The notes: generated from the letters alone by a model not told the origin. A stretch of 64,000 nucleotides of DNA from Thermoanaerobaculia bacterium (GCA_963719225.1 CAVRAY010000001.1:1792001-1856000); one strand, 5' to 3'; counted from the stretch's first letter, positions 1-9,924 are shown. Made by a program: numbers and translations.

Positions 1-206
1 GTGCTTCCGGGAATCACCATGAGGAAGTTCGTCCCGAGGGACTTCAGCTGGTTTTCGGCCTGCATCCGCGCGCCCTCGCCGATGCCCACCACCGCGACGA
101 CGCAGGCGACGCCGATGATGATGCCGAGAGCGGTCAGGAGCGACCGCAGCTTGTTGCGGGAAAGAGCCCGGAAGGCGACTTTGAGGATGTTCGAAGCCTT
201 GGTCAC
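1..206 (-). CDS. ABC transporter permease (MacB/FtsX family), N-terminal part; runs off the window edge
   Basis: Manual translation from GTG at 206: MTKASNILKVAFRALSRNKLRSLLTALGIIIGVACVVAVVGIGEGA, the typical MacB-type permease N-terminus; not in the ORF track. Confidence 0.85.
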   Translation of the reverse strand, partial: MTKASNILKVAFRALSRNKLRSLLTALGIIIGVACVVAVVGIGEGARMQAENQLKSLGTNFLMVIPGS

Positions 207-230
207 CGCGAGCTCCGCCCGCTCCCGCGC

Positions 231-1553
231 TCAGGCCCAGCCGGCCAGCGACTCGTCGAGGACCTTGAGCGCCTCGTCCACCTCGGCCGCGCTCACGACG
301 AGCGGAGGGGAGATTCGGATGACGTTGCCGTAAAGGCCTCCCTTGCCGATCAGGAGGCCGCGCTTCTTGGTCTCCTCGAAGAGACGGACCGCCTTTTCGG
401 GTGCCGGCGTCCGGTCCTGGATCGTCTCGTCGGCCACGAGCTCGAGACCCTGCATGAGGCCCATGCCGCGAACGTCGCCGAGCGTTTTCGGATACTTCTT
501 CTTGAGCCCGTCGAGTCCGGCGCGCAGGCGGCCGCCCATTTCGGCGGCGCGTTTCGGCGCGTCCATCTCCTCCATGACCTCGATCGTGGCGTTCGCGGCG
601 GCCGAGGAGATCGGGTTGCCGCCGAACGTCGAGATCGTGAGCGCCTTGAACGAGTCCGCGATCTCCGGCGTGGCGATCGTGACCCCGAGGGGCATCCCGT
701 TCGCGACTCCCTTGGCCATCGTCATGATCTCGGGCTCGACGTTCCAGTGCGAGATGCCGTACCACGAGCCGCCCGTGCGCCCGAAGCCCGTCTGCACCTC
801 GTCGCAGATGAAGACGCCGCCGTATTTCCGGACGATGCCGACGGCGATCTCGAAGTATTCCTTGGGCGGCGTGACGAATCCGCCGACGCCCTGGATGGGC
901 TCGGCGATGAAACCCGCGATCTGGCCGGTCGTCGTCGTCTTGATCAGCTCCTCGAGGTCCTTGGCGCAGGCGACGCCGCACGACGGGTACGTGAGCTTCA
1001 GCGGGCAGCGATAGCAGTACGGCGAGGGTGCGTGCTTGATCGCGGCGATCTGCGTCGGCACCGCGCGCCACGGCGCGTGTCCGGTGAGCGACTGCGCGAG
1101 CATCGAGCGGCCCGAGTAGCCATGGCGCAGCGCGATGATCTCCGTGCGCCCCGTGTAGACCTGCGCCATCATGACGGCGGTCTCGTCGGCCTCCGTGCCC
1201 GAGCACGTGAAGAACGACTTCTGGAGCCGCCCCGGCGTCAGCCGCGCGAGCTTCTCGGCCAGCTCGACGATCGGGAGCGTCGGATAGAGCGTCGAGACGT
1301 GGCCGAGCCGGTCCAGCTGCACCTTGACGGCCGTGTTCACCTTGTCGTTCGCGTGCCCGACGGAGATCGTCAGGATGCCGCCGAAGAAGTCGAGATACGT
1401 CTTCCCGTCGGCGTCCCGAACGCGCATCCCCTTGCCCGATTCGAGGACGACGGACTCCTTGTAGTAGTTGGCGACGGAAGGAAAGAGGTACTGCTTGTGC
1501 TTTTCGCGGACTTCGGCAGAAGAAAGAGTCTTGGTTTCGGAAATAGGGCTCAT
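231..1553 (-). CDS. Class III PLP-dependent aminotransferase (beta-alanine/alanine-glyoxylate aminotransferase 2-like)
   Basis: YLDFFGG, AEPIQGVGG, DEVQTGFGRTG, MTMAKG (PLP lysine), TFGGNP motifs; start taken at ATG 1553. Confidence 0.9.
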   Translation of the reverse strand: MSPISETKTLSSAEVREKHKQYLFPSVANYYKESVVLESGKGMRVRDADGKTYLDFFGGILTISVGHANDKVNTAVKVQLDRLGHVSTLYPTLPIVELAEKLARLTPGRLQKSFFTCSGTEADETAVMMAQVYTGRTEIIALRHGYSGRSMLAQSLTGHAPWRAVPTQIAAIKHAPSPYCYRCPLKLTYPSCGVACAKDLEELIKTTTTGQIAGFIAEPIQGVGGFVTPPKEYFEIAVGIVRKYGGVFICDEVQTGFGRTGGSWYGISHWNVEPEIMTMAKGVANGMPLGVTIATPEIADSFKALTISTFGGNPISSAAANATIEVMEEMDAPKRAAEMGGRLRAGLDGLKKKYPKTLGDVRGMGLMQGLELVADETIQDRTPAPEKAVRLFEETKKRGLLIGKGGLYGNVIRISPPLVVSAAEVDEALKVLDESLAGWA

Positions 1554-1597
1554 GAGAGGGCTCCCTTCGGCTGGCGGCAAGATATTCTCCTCTTCCA

Positions 1598-2986
1598 GTG
1601 TATTTCAAGCAGTTCTACCTGGGATGCCTGGCGCACGCGTCGTATCTCATCGGAGACGGAGGCGAGGCCGTCGTCGTCGATCCGCGCCGCGACGTGGACG
1701 AGTACATCGCCGAGGCAGAGTCGCAGGGGCCGACGATTCGATGGATTCTCGAGACGCACCTCCATGCCGACTTCGTGAGCGGGCATCGCGAGCTGGCCGA
1801 GCGCACGGGCGCCACGATCGTCTTCGGGGAAAAAGCCCGCGCCGAGTTCCCCCATCGGGCTGTCCGCGACGGAGAGGAGATCCGGGTGGGCAGCCTCGTC
1901 CTGCGCGTTCTCGCGACTCCCGGACACACGCCCGAAAGCATCTCGGTCCTCGTCCTCGACCCGGAGCCGCGCCTCGTGCTGACGGGCGACACCCTTTTCA
2001 TCGGCGACGTCGGCCGGCCCGATCTCGCGGCTTCGCCGCGAGGCCTGACGGCGGCGGACATGGCGGGGCAGCTCTACGACTCCCTTCACGGGAAGCTGCT
2101 CGCCCTTCCCGATTCCGTGGCGGTCTACCCGGCGCACGGCGCGGGCTCTCTCTGCGGCCGGAACATCTCGAGCGAGACGTCCTCCACGATCGGGGTCCAG
2201 CGCCGGACGAACTACGCGCTCCGTCCGATGCCGAAGGAAGCCTTCGTGAAGCTGATGACGGAGGACCTGCCGGAGGCGCCGGCCTATTTTCCTCGGGACG
2301 TCGAGATCAACCGCTCCGGGGCGCCGTCTCTTCCCGAGCGGCGCGCACCCGCCGCCCTCTCACACGCCGACGTCGAGCGCCTCACCGGCACGGGAGCGGT
2401 TCTCGTGGACGTGCGTCCGCCCGCGGCGTTCGGAGCGGGGCATCCCGAAGGTGCCGTGAACGTCGGCCTGGGTGGACAATTCGCCTCCTGGTCGGGCGCG
2501 CTCCTTCCGCCTGACAAGCCGCTCGTCCTCGTCACGGAGGACGAGAGCGGCGCGGAAGAAGCCGTGACGCGTCTGGCGCGCGTCGGCCTCGAAAACGTCG
2601 CAGGGTTCCTGGACGGCGGCGTCGCCGCGTGGGATGCGGCCGGGCTGCCGCTCGGGCGGATGGGGCAGATCGACGTCGCCGAGCTGAAGGCACGACTCGA
2701 CGAAGATCCGGGCCTTCGCGTTTACGACGTCCGCCGGACGCGCGAATACGCGGCGGGGCACGTGCCGAGCGCGGTGTCCGTTCCCCTCGACGAGCTCGCG
2801 CGCGAGATCGACGAGCGAGCGCCGCAGGGCCCAGTTGCGATCATCTGCGCGAGCGGCTACCGCTCGAGCATCGCGGGCAGCCTGCTCCTCCGGCGCAAGG
2901 GAGTCGAGCCGATCAACGTCGTCGGCGGCACGAATGCCTGGGTCGCTGCGGGATATCCGACGGAGGAAGAGAAGAGATTTTCTTAG
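1598..2986 (+). CDS. MBL-fold metallo-hydrolase fused to two rhodanese domains (persulfide dioxygenase-sulfurtransferase-like)
   Basis: THLHADF, TPGHTPE, TGDTLF, PAHGAGSLCG; C-terminal rhodanese with CASGYRS loop. Confidence 0.9.
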   Translation: MYFKQFYLGCLAHASYLIGDGGEAVVVDPRRDVDEYIAEAESQGPTIRWILETHLHADFVSGHRELAERTGATIVFGEKARAEFPHRAVRDGEEIRVGSLVLRVLATPGHTPESISVLVLDPEPRLVLTGDTLFIGDVGRPDLAASPRGLTAADMAGQLYDSLHGKLLALPDSVAVYPAHGAGSLCGRNISSETSSTIGVQRRTNYALRPMPKEAFVKLMTEDLPEAPAYFPRDVEINRSGAPSLPERRAPAALSHADVERLTGTGAVLVDVRPPAAFGAGHPEGAVNVGLGGQFASWSGALLPPDKPLVLVTEDESGAEEAVTRLARVGLENVAGFLDGGVAAWDAAGLPLGRMGQIDVAELKARLDEDPGLRVYDVRRTREYAAGHVPSAVSVPLDELAREIDERAPQGPVAIICASGYRSSIAGSLLLRRKGVEPINVVGGTNAWVAAGYPTEEEKRFS

Positions 2987-3101
2987 AAGGTGAATGGGGG
3001 AGAGCCGCTCGAGGAAGAGCTGCGCCGTCGCCGACTGTCAAAGCCCTACCCACCCTTCTAAGAAATTTTGCAGACCCTCACATGTCCGCTGAGACGCTCA
3101 T

Positions 3102-4487
3102 CTATGTGCGGGTCTTCCTTAGCAAGAAATTCCCTCGTCCTGGTTTCCCCAAAAACTTTCCGTTCTCGACGATCACTTCGCCGCGCGAGATCACGGTGTC
3201 CGTCGCGCCCTGGACGACGCGGCCTTCGTACGGCGTGTAGTCGACGCGCTGGTGGAGCGTCGAGGCGTTCAGCGTGATCTTGCGGTTCGGGTCGAAGACG
3301 ACGAGGTCGGCGTCGGAGCCCGGGGCGATCGTCCCCTTCTTCGGGAAGAGGCCGAAGATCTTCGCGGGCGACGTGGAGGTCAGCTCGACGAAGCGGTTCA
3401 CGGAGATGCGGTTCTCCACGACGCCGCCGTCGTAGAGGAGGGACATCCGCGTCTCGATCCCCGGGGCGCCGTTCGGAATCTTCGAGAAGTCGCCCTGGCC
3501 GAGCTCCTTCTGGCCCTTCATGCAGAACGGGCAGTGGTCCGTCGACACCGCCTGCAGGTCGTTCATCCTGAGGCCGCGCCAGAGCGCCTCTTCGTTGCCT
3601 TTCGCGCGGAGCGGCGGCGACATGACGTACTTGGCGCCCTCGAACCCGGGCTCCTCGTAGTTGGCGTACGAAAGGAAGAGGTATTGCGGGCAGGTCTCGG
3701 CGTGCATGGGGAGGCCGCGGTCGCGCGCCTCGGCGATCTTCTCGAGCGCCTCGGCGGCCGAGAGGTGGACGACATAGAGCGGCACGCCCGCCATCTCGGC
3801 CAGGCAGATCGCCCGGTACGTGGCCTCGGCTTCGGCGCGCGGCGGCCGCGTGAGCGCGTGCCACTTCGGGGCCGTGTGGCCCTCGGCGAGCGCGCGCCTG
3901 ACGAGCACGTCGATGACGTCGCCGTTTTCGGCGTGCATGCAGATCGTGCCGCCGTTCTCTCCGGTCCGGAGGAGCGCGCGGAAAATCGAGCCGTCGTCGA
4001 GCATCAGGACGCCGCGATACGCCATGAAGAGCTTGAACGACGTCACGCCTTCCTTGACGAGGACGTCCATCTCCTTCTCGACGAAGTCGGGAAGGTCCGT
4101 GATGATCATGTGGAAGCCGTAGTCGATCGCGGCCTTGCCTTCCGCCTTCTTCGTCCACGCATCGAGCGCTTCGCGCAGCGCCTGGCCTTTGTACTGGATC
4201 GCGAAGTCCACGATGGACGTCGTGCCGCCATGCGCGGCGGCGATCGTGCCGCTCTCGAAATCGTCGGCCGACGTCGTGCCGCCGAACGGCATGTCGAGGT
4301 GCGTGTGCGCGTCGATGCCGCCCGGGATCACGAGCTTGCCCGTCGCGTCGAGGACGCGGGCGTCGAGAGCGGGCGCCGTGCCGGCGGCGAAGATCGCGGA
4401 GATCGTCGAGCCCTCGACGAGCACGTCGCCGAGGTAATCGTCGACGGCCGTGACGACGCGGCCTCCCCTGATGAGAAGACGGCTCAT
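3102..4487 (-). CDS. hydA: Dihydropyrimidinase (D-hydantoinase)
   Basis: PGGIDAHTH, SFKLFMAY, HAENG, STDHCPF, PNGAPGIE amidohydrolase motifs. Confidence 0.95.
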   Translation of the reverse strand: MSRLLIRGGRVVTAVDDYLGDVLVEGSTISAIFAAGTAPALDARVLDATGKLVIPGGIDAHTHLDMPFGGTTSADDFESGTIAAAHGGTTSIVDFAIQYKGQALREALDAWTKKAEGKAAIDYGFHMIITDLPDFVEKEMDVLVKEGVTSFKLFMAYRGVLMLDDGSIFRALLRTGENGGTICMHAENGDVIDVLVRRALAEGHTAPKWHALTRPPRAEAEATYRAICLAEMAGVPLYVVHLSAAEALEKIAEARDRGLPMHAETCPQYLFLSYANYEEPGFEGAKYVMSPPLRAKGNEEALWRGLRMNDLQAVSTDHCPFCMKGQKELGQGDFSKIPNGAPGIETRMSLLYDGGVVENRISVNRFVELTSTSPAKIFGLFPKKGTIAPGSDADLVVFDPNRKITLNASTLHQRVDYTPYEGRVVQGATDTVISRGEVIVENGKFLGKPGRGNFLLRKTRT

Positions 4488-4497
4488 GCTGTGCCTC

Positions 4498-4583
4498 GCG
4501 GGGCCGGAGCCCCTCCTCCTGCTCGCGCAAACTCGCTTCGCTCAGACAGTGCGCTCGGGAGTCGGAAGGGCTCCGCCCCCCGC
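4498..4583. repeat. Intergenic imperfect palindrome (REP-like hairpin)
   Basis: GGAGCCC 4506-4512 pairs with GGGCTCC 4568-4574; GCGCA 4525-4529 pairs with TGCGC 4550-4554; loop AACTCGCTTCGCTCAGACAG. Confidence 0.55.
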
Positions 4584-4629
4584 TCGTCTTTCTTTCTAAG
4601 CAAATCTTTCTTCGTGCTCTTCGTACATT

Positions 4630-5493
4630 TCACAGCGCGACCAGCCGGTCGTACGTCTCCGGCCGCCGGTCCCGGAAGAACTGCCACGTGCGGCGGACCT
4701 CCTCGATCAAATCGAGGTCGCACGTCGCGACGACGAGCTCGTCCTTGTCTTCGCTGGCGGTCGCGAGGAAGCTGCCACGCGGATCCACGATGTACGACGA
4801 CCCGTAGAAGCGCCCGATGTTCCAGGGAGCTTCCGTCCCCACGCGGTTCGACGCCGCCACGAAATAGCCGTTCGCGACGGCGTGCGCGGGCTGCTCGAGC
4901 TTCCAGAGGTATTGCGAGAGGCCGGCGACCGTCGCCGAAGGGTTGAAGACGATCTCGGCGCCGTTCAGGCCCAGCGCGCGGGCGCCCTCCGGGAAGTGCC
5001 GGTCGTAGCAGATGTAGACGCCCACTTTCGCGTACCGCGTCTGGAAGACCGGATAGCCCATGTTGCCCGGCTTGAAGAAGTACTTCTCCCAGAAGCCGGA
5101 CGTGTGAGGGATGTGGTTCTTGCGGTACTTGCCGAGGTACGTCCCGTCGGAGTCGTAGACGGCGGCGGTGTTGTAGTAGACGCCCGCGTCCTCCCGCTCG
5201 TACACGGGCACGACGACCGCCATCCGGTATCGCTTCGCGACCTTCGCGATCGCCTCGGTCGTGGGTCCCGGCACGCTCTCGGCGGCGTCGTACCAGTGCG
5301 GGTCCTGCGACGGGCAGAAATACGGGCCGTTGAAGATCTCCTGCAATCCGAGAATCTGCACGCCCTTCTTTCCCGCCTCGTGGATGAGGGGGAGCGTGGC
5401 CTCGAGCGCCGCCTTTTGGACCTTCGAAACGGGTGCTTTGGTGTCCGAGATCGGGTTGTGAGTCTGAATCAGGCCGACCGAGACCTTTCTCAT
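4630..5493 (-). CDS. Nitrilase-family C-N hydrolase, probable beta-ureidopropionase
   Basis: E-K-C triad (LQEIF, YRKNHIP, ICYDRHFPE); adjacent to hydA. Confidence 0.9.
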   Translation of the reverse strand: MRKVSVGLIQTHNPISDTKAPVSKVQKAALEATLPLIHEAGKKGVQILGLQEIFNGPYFCPSQDPHWYDAAESVPGPTTEAIAKVAKRYRMAVVVPVYEREDAGVYYNTAAVYDSDGTYLGKYRKNHIPHTSGFWEKYFFKPGNMGYPVFQTRYAKVGVYICYDRHFPEGARALGLNGAEIVFNPSATVAGLSQYLWKLEQPAHAVANGYFVAASNRVGTEAPWNIGRFYGSSYIVDPRGSFLATASEDKDELVVATCDLDLIEEVRRTWQFFRDRRPETYDRLVAL

Positions 5494-5537
5494 TCGCCTA
5501 CGTCCTCTTTACCTTCTAAGAAATCTCCCGGTCTTTC

Positions 5538-7058
5538 TCAGAACCACCGCTCGATGACGACCTTCTGATCCGTGTAGAAGACGACGCTGTCGCGGCCGGT
5601 CGCCTTCACGTCGCCGAAGAAGCTCTCTTTCGAGCCTCCGAACGGGAAGAACGCCATCGGCGCCGCGACGCCGACGTTCACGCCGACCATCGCCGGAGGC
5701 GCCTGCATCGCGAAGTCGCGCGCGGCCTTGCCGCTCGTGGTGAAGATCGACGTCGTGTTCGCCTGCGGGTGCGCGTGGAGGAGCTCGAGCGCGCTCGCCG
5801 TGTCCGGCACGTTCACGAGCGACAGCACGGGCCCGAAGATCTCTTCGCGTCCGATGGACGACTTCGGATCCACCTTGTCGAACACCGTGGGACCGAGGAA
5901 GAAGCCCTTCTCGCGGCCCTTCACGGTATGTCCCCGCCCGTCGAGGAGGAGCTCGGCCCCCTCGGCGATCCCTTTCTCGATGTACGAGACGACGCGCTGC
6001 CGCGCGCTCTCGCGAATGACCGGACCCATGGAGACGCCGGGCTCGGCGCCGTCGCCCACGCGGATGGACTTCGCCGCCGCGACGAGACGCTCCCTGATCT
6101 CGCCGTGCGATTTTCCGATCGTGACGACGACCGAGCCCGCGAGACAGCGCTCGCCCGCGCAGCCGTAGCAGGATTCCGAGACGATGCCGATGGACTTGTC
6201 GAGGTTCGCGTCGGGCATCACGACGATGAAGTTCTTCGCGCCTCCGAGGGCCTGCACGCGTTTTCCCGCGTGAGTGCCCGTGCGGTAGACGTGTTTTGCG
6301 ACGGGTGTCGAGCCGACGAAAGACACGCCGCGGACGTCGGGGTGCTCGCAGAGGCCGTTCACGACGTCGACGCCCCCGTTCACGATGTTGACGACACCGG
6401 GGGGAACGCAGCCCTCGAGGAGCTCGTGGATGCGCTTCTGCGAAAGCGGCACGAGCTCCGACGGCTTCATGACGAACGTGTTTCCCGTCGCGACCGCGAA
6501 CGGCAGGAACCAGAGAGGCACCATGGCCGGGAAGTTGAACGGCGCGATGGCCCCGAAGACGCCGAGAGGCTGGCGGTGGACGTCGCAGTCGATGCCGCGC
6601 GCGATGTCCTCGAGGCCCGAGCCCATCATGAGCGAGGGCATGCCGCACGCGACCTCCACGCACTCGATGCCGCGCCGCACCGAGCCGCGGGCCTCGTCCA
6701 GCGTCTTGCCGTGCTCGGTCGTGACGATCCGGGCCAGCTCCTCGAAGTGCTCCTCGAGGCGGTTCTTGAAGGCGAACATGGTCCGGGCGCGCTCGACGAC
6801 CGGAGTCGCGCGCCAGGCCGGGAACGCGGCCTTCGCGGCCGCGACGGCGGCGTCCACGTCGCCCCTCGTCGAGAGCGGAGTCTTCGCGATCACCGCGCCC
6901 GTGGCCGGATTGAAGACGTCGACCGTGCCCGAGGCGCGCGCATCGACCCACATACCGCCGATGAAGTTCGAGAGGACGGGAACGGGAACGGCGTGAGACC
7001 CGGACGACAGGGCGCGATGGGTGCCGGACGTGGTCGCGGTGGGGGCGGAAGGAGCCAT
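5538..7058 (-). CDS. mmsA: CoA-acylating (methyl)malonate-semialdehyde dehydrogenase
   Basis: APFNFP, FVGST, LGGAKN, GCAGERC, EEIFGPV, GVNVGVAAP. Confidence 0.93.
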   Translation of the reverse strand: MAPSAPTATTSGTHRALSSGSHAVPVPVLSNFIGGMWVDARASGTVDVFNPATGAVIAKTPLSTRGDVDAAVAAAKAAFPAWRATPVVERARTMFAFKNRLEEHFEELARIVTTEHGKTLDEARGSVRRGIECVEVACGMPSLMMGSGLEDIARGIDCDVHRQPLGVFGAIAPFNFPAMVPLWFLPFAVATGNTFVMKPSELVPLSQKRIHELLEGCVPPGVVNIVNGGVDVVNGLCEHPDVRGVSFVGSTPVAKHVYRTGTHAGKRVQALGGAKNFIVVMPDANLDKSIGIVSESCYGCAGERCLAGSVVVTIGKSHGEIRERLVAAAKSIRVGDGAEPGVSMGPVIRESARQRVVSYIEKGIAEGAELLLDGRGHTVKGREKGFFLGPTVFDKVDPKSSIGREEIFGPVLSLVNVPDTASALELLHAHPQANTTSIFTTSGKAARDFAMQAPPAMVGVNVGVAAPMAFFPFGGSKESFFGDVKATGRDSVVFYTDQKVVIERWF

Positions 7059-7097
7059 GCGTCACCTCCAGGGGGAACGCGATTCTATGCCCGCCTT

Positions 7098-8315
7098 TCA
7101 GCTTCGCGCGAGCAGCGCAGCGACCCGGTCGAGGATCCTCTCGGCGACCTCGGCCTTCGAGAGCAGCGGCAGCTCCTCTGCCCCGCCCGCGTCGATCAGG
7201 GTGACGCGGTTCGAGTCGGAGCCGAAGCCCGAGTCCGTTCGCGAGACGTCGTTCGCGACGACGAGGGAAACGTTCTTCTCCTGCAGCTTTTTTCGCGCGT
7301 TCGCGACGAGATCGTTCGTCTCGGCCGCGAATCCCACGACGCACATGGGCTGTCCGGTCTTCGCGCGCGCTTCGGCGACGGCCGAGAGGATGTCGGTCGT
7401 GCGCTCGAGCTCGAGGACCGGCGGGCCCGCGTCCTTCTTGATCTTCTGTGCGGCAGGCCGCGCCGGGCGGAAGTCCGCGACGGCAGCCGCCATCAGCAGA
7501 GCATCCGCGCCGGCGCAAGCCTCGAGGACGGCACGCGCCATCTCTTCGGCGGATCCCACGTCGATCCGCGTCGCGCCCGTCGGCGTGGGCAGAGGACATG
7601 GTGCCGCGACGAGCGTCACCTCCGCTCCGCGGTCGAGAGCGGCCTGGGCGAGCGCGAAACCCTGCTTGCCGGACGAGCGGTTCGCGAGGACGCGCACCGG
7701 ATCGACGGGCTCCTCCGTGCCTCCTGCCGTCACGACGACACGCCTTCCGGAGAGGGGGCCGTTCCGGCCGACCGCGTGCCGGACGTGGCCCAGGATCTCC
7801 TCCGGCTCGAGCATGCGGCCGCGACCCGCGAGGCCGGAGGCCATCCGGCCCTCGGCGGGCCCGAGCACGGTGGCGCCGCGCATGTGAAGGGTCGCCAGAT
7901 TCGCCTGGACGGTGGCGTGCTTGAACATTCCGGCGTCCATCGCGGGAGCGACGAGGAGCGGGCACCGCGCCGCGAGGGCGGTCACGGTGAGGAGGTCGTC
8001 GGCCAGCCCGTGCGCGAGCTTCGCGAGGACGTCGGCCGTCGCGGGCGCGACGAGGAGGAGATCCGCGCCTTCGCCGAGGCCGACGTGCAGGACGTGCGCC
8101 TCCGCGCCCCAGAGGTCCGCGTAGGCAGGGCGCCCCGTCAGGGACTGAAACGTCAGAGGCGTGACGAACCGCGCCGCGGCGGCCGTCAGGATCGCGTCCA
8201 CCTGCGCGCCTGCCTGCGTGAGCTGGCTCGCGAGGTCGGCCGCCTTGTACGCGGCGATGGACCCGCTGACGCCGAGGAGGATTCTCTTCCCGCGGAGGAC
8301 CTCGATCGTGTCCAT
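7098..8315 (-). CDS. coaBC: Bifunctional phosphopantothenoylcysteine decarboxylase/ligase
   Basis: GVSGSIAAYKA, APATA, PAMD, TAGGT.E..DPVR..NRSSGKQG, GFAAET; ATG overlaps the coaX stop (TGATG). Confidence 0.95.
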   Translation of the reverse strand: MDTIEVLRGKRILLGVSGSIAAYKAADLASQLTQAGAQVDAILTAAAARFVTPLTFQSLTGRPAYADLWGAEAHVLHVGLGEGADLLLVAPATADVLAKLAHGLADDLLTVTALAARCPLLVAPAMDAGMFKHATVQANLATLHMRGATVLGPAEGRMASGLAGRGRMLEPEEILGHVRHAVGRNGPLSGRRVVVTAGGTEEPVDPVRVLANRSSGKQGFALAQAALDRGAEVTLVAAPCPLPTPTGATRIDVGSAEEMARAVLEACAGADALLMAAAVADFRPARPAAQKIKKDAGPPVLELERTTDILSAVAEARAKTGQPMCVVGFAAETNDLVANARKKLQEKNVSLVVANDVSRTDSGFGSDSNRVTLIDAGGAEELPLLSKAEVAERILDRVAALLARS

Positions 8316-9085
8316 CAGTCGCCCACGTTCATCTCGTGGACGAGACGCAGGCCGTCCAGGGTCAGCCACGGCGCCACGACGTCGATGGCCGTCGTCTCCT
8401 TCGCGACCGTCTCGGCGAGGCCGCCCGTCGCGACCACCTTCATCGCCGGTCCGAGCTCTTTCCGGAAGCGCGTCACCATTCCCTCCACGAGGCTCACGTA
8501 TCCGAACAGCATTCCCGACTGGATGGAATGCACGGTGTTCTTGCCGATCGCGGACGGCGGGCGCACGAGATCCACGCGGGGGAGCTTCGCCGCGCGCTGG
8601 AACAGGGCCTCCGCCGCGATGCCGATGCCGGGCGCGATGGCGCCGCCGAGGTAGTCGCCTTCCAGGGAGATCGCGTCGAAAGTCGTGGCGGTGCCGAAGT
8701 CGACGCAGCACGCCGGACCGCCGTAGAGATGGCTGATCGCGACGGCATCCACGACCCGGTCCGCGCCGACCTGCTTGGGATCGTCGTACCGGATGCGTAC
8801 CCCCGTCTTCACGCCGGCGTCCACGACGAGCGGCGTCCGGCCGAGATACCGCACCGCGGCCTCCTCGAGGACTCCCGTGAGCGGCGGCACGACCGACGCC
8901 ATGACGACCGCGTCCACGGCCTCGACCTCGAAGCCCGCGTGCTCGAGCAGGTCGTCGAGGAGCATTCCGTACTCGTCCGCCGTCCGGTTGTGAACGGTCG
9001 CGAGGCGCCACCTCGGCCCCGGCACGGCGGCGTCGTAGAGGCCGAGCGTGATGTTGCTGTTCCCGACGTCGATTGCGAGAAGCAT
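8315..9085 (-). CDS. coaX: Type III pantothenate kinase
   Basis: IDVGNS, VGADR, DFGTATT, GGAIAPG. Confidence 0.95.
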   Translation of the reverse strand: MLLAIDVGNSNITLGLYDAAVPGPRWRLATVHNRTADEYGMLLDDLLEHAGFEVEAVDAVVMASVVPPLTGVLEEAAVRYLGRTPLVVDAGVKTGVRIRYDDPKQVGADRVVDAVAISHLYGGPACCVDFGTATTFDAISLEGDYLGGAIAPGIGIAAEALFQRAAKLPRVDLVRPPSAIGKNTVHSIQSGMLFGYVSLVEGMVTRFRKELGPAMKVVATGGLAETVAKETTAIDVVAPWLTLDGLRLVHEMNVGD

Positions 9086-9924
9086 CAGGTCCCTCCGAGG
9101 ACGACGTTGTCGATGAGCCGCGTCTTTCCGATGCGCGCGGCGAGGGAGACGAGCGCGGGGCCGTGGACGCGCTCGAGCTCGGCGAGGGTTTCAGCGTCCG
9201 CGACGGAAACGTAGTCCGGCCGGACGAGCGGCTCGCCCTCGAGCGTTTTCGTCAGGACCGCGCGCAGCCGGCCGGCGTCGCGCTCGCCCGAGTGGAAAGC
9301 GGCGCTGGCGGCTTCGAGGGCGCGATGAAGCACCGGGGCCGCGCGGCGCTCGTCGGGGCCGAGGTAGGCGTTCCGGCTGCTCATGGCGAGCCCGTCCTTT
9401 TCGCGCACGATCGGGCACACGACGACGTCGACCGGAAGAGACAGATCCTCGACCATCCGCCGGATCACGGCGATCTGCTGCGCGTCCTTCTGCCCGAAAT
9501 AGGCTCGAGTCGGATGGAAGACGTTGAAGAGCTTCGCCACGACGGTCGCGACGCCGCGAAAGTGTCCGGGACGCCGGGCGCCTTCCAGCGGCGCACTCAC
9601 GTCCTCCACCGTGATCCACGTCTGGAATCCCGGCGGGTAGACCTCGCTAGCCGACGGAGTCCAGACGGCGTCCACGCCGAGCGAGGCGAGAAGTCCGAGA
9701 TCGGCGTCGAGAGCCCTCGGATAGGCGGCGAAGTCCTCCGCGGGTCCGAACTGCGCGGGGTTGACGAAGATGCTCGCCGCGACGTGCTCGTTCTCCTTCC
9801 GCGCGCGGGCCACGAGTGAGAGATGGCCTGCGTGCAGCGCGCCCATCGTCGGCACGAGGCCGAGCGACCCTTCCCGCGAAGCCCGGAACGCCCGCACCTC
9901 GGAGACCGTCGTGAGGACCTTCAT
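9085..9924 (-). CDS. panC: Pantoate-beta-alanine ligase
   Basis: PTMGALHAGH, FVNPAQF, RPGHFRGV, FGQKD, GLAMSSRN, RLIDN; start ATG 9924. Confidence 0.96.
   Translation of the reverse strand: MKVLTTVSEVRAFRASREGSLGLVPTMGALHAGHLSLVARARKENEHVAASIFVNPAQFGPAEDFAAYPRALDADLGLLASLGVDAVWTPSASEVYPPGFQTWITVEDVSAPLEGARRPGHFRGVATVVAKLFNVFHPTRAYFGQKDAQQIAVIRRMVEDLSLPVDVVVCPIVREKDGLAMSSRNAYLGPDERRAAPVLHRALEAASAAFHSGERDAGRLRAVLTKTLEGEPLVRPDYVSVADAETLAELERVHGPALVSLAARIGKTRLIDNVVLGGT

Noticed and set aside
5769-8654. 961-aa plus-strand ORF and many similar long Arg/Pro-rich ORFs (e.g. 38329..40416, 56952..59636, 60831..63191)
   Set aside because: Shadow ORFs antisense or out of frame to clearly identified genes, as expected in high-GC DNA.
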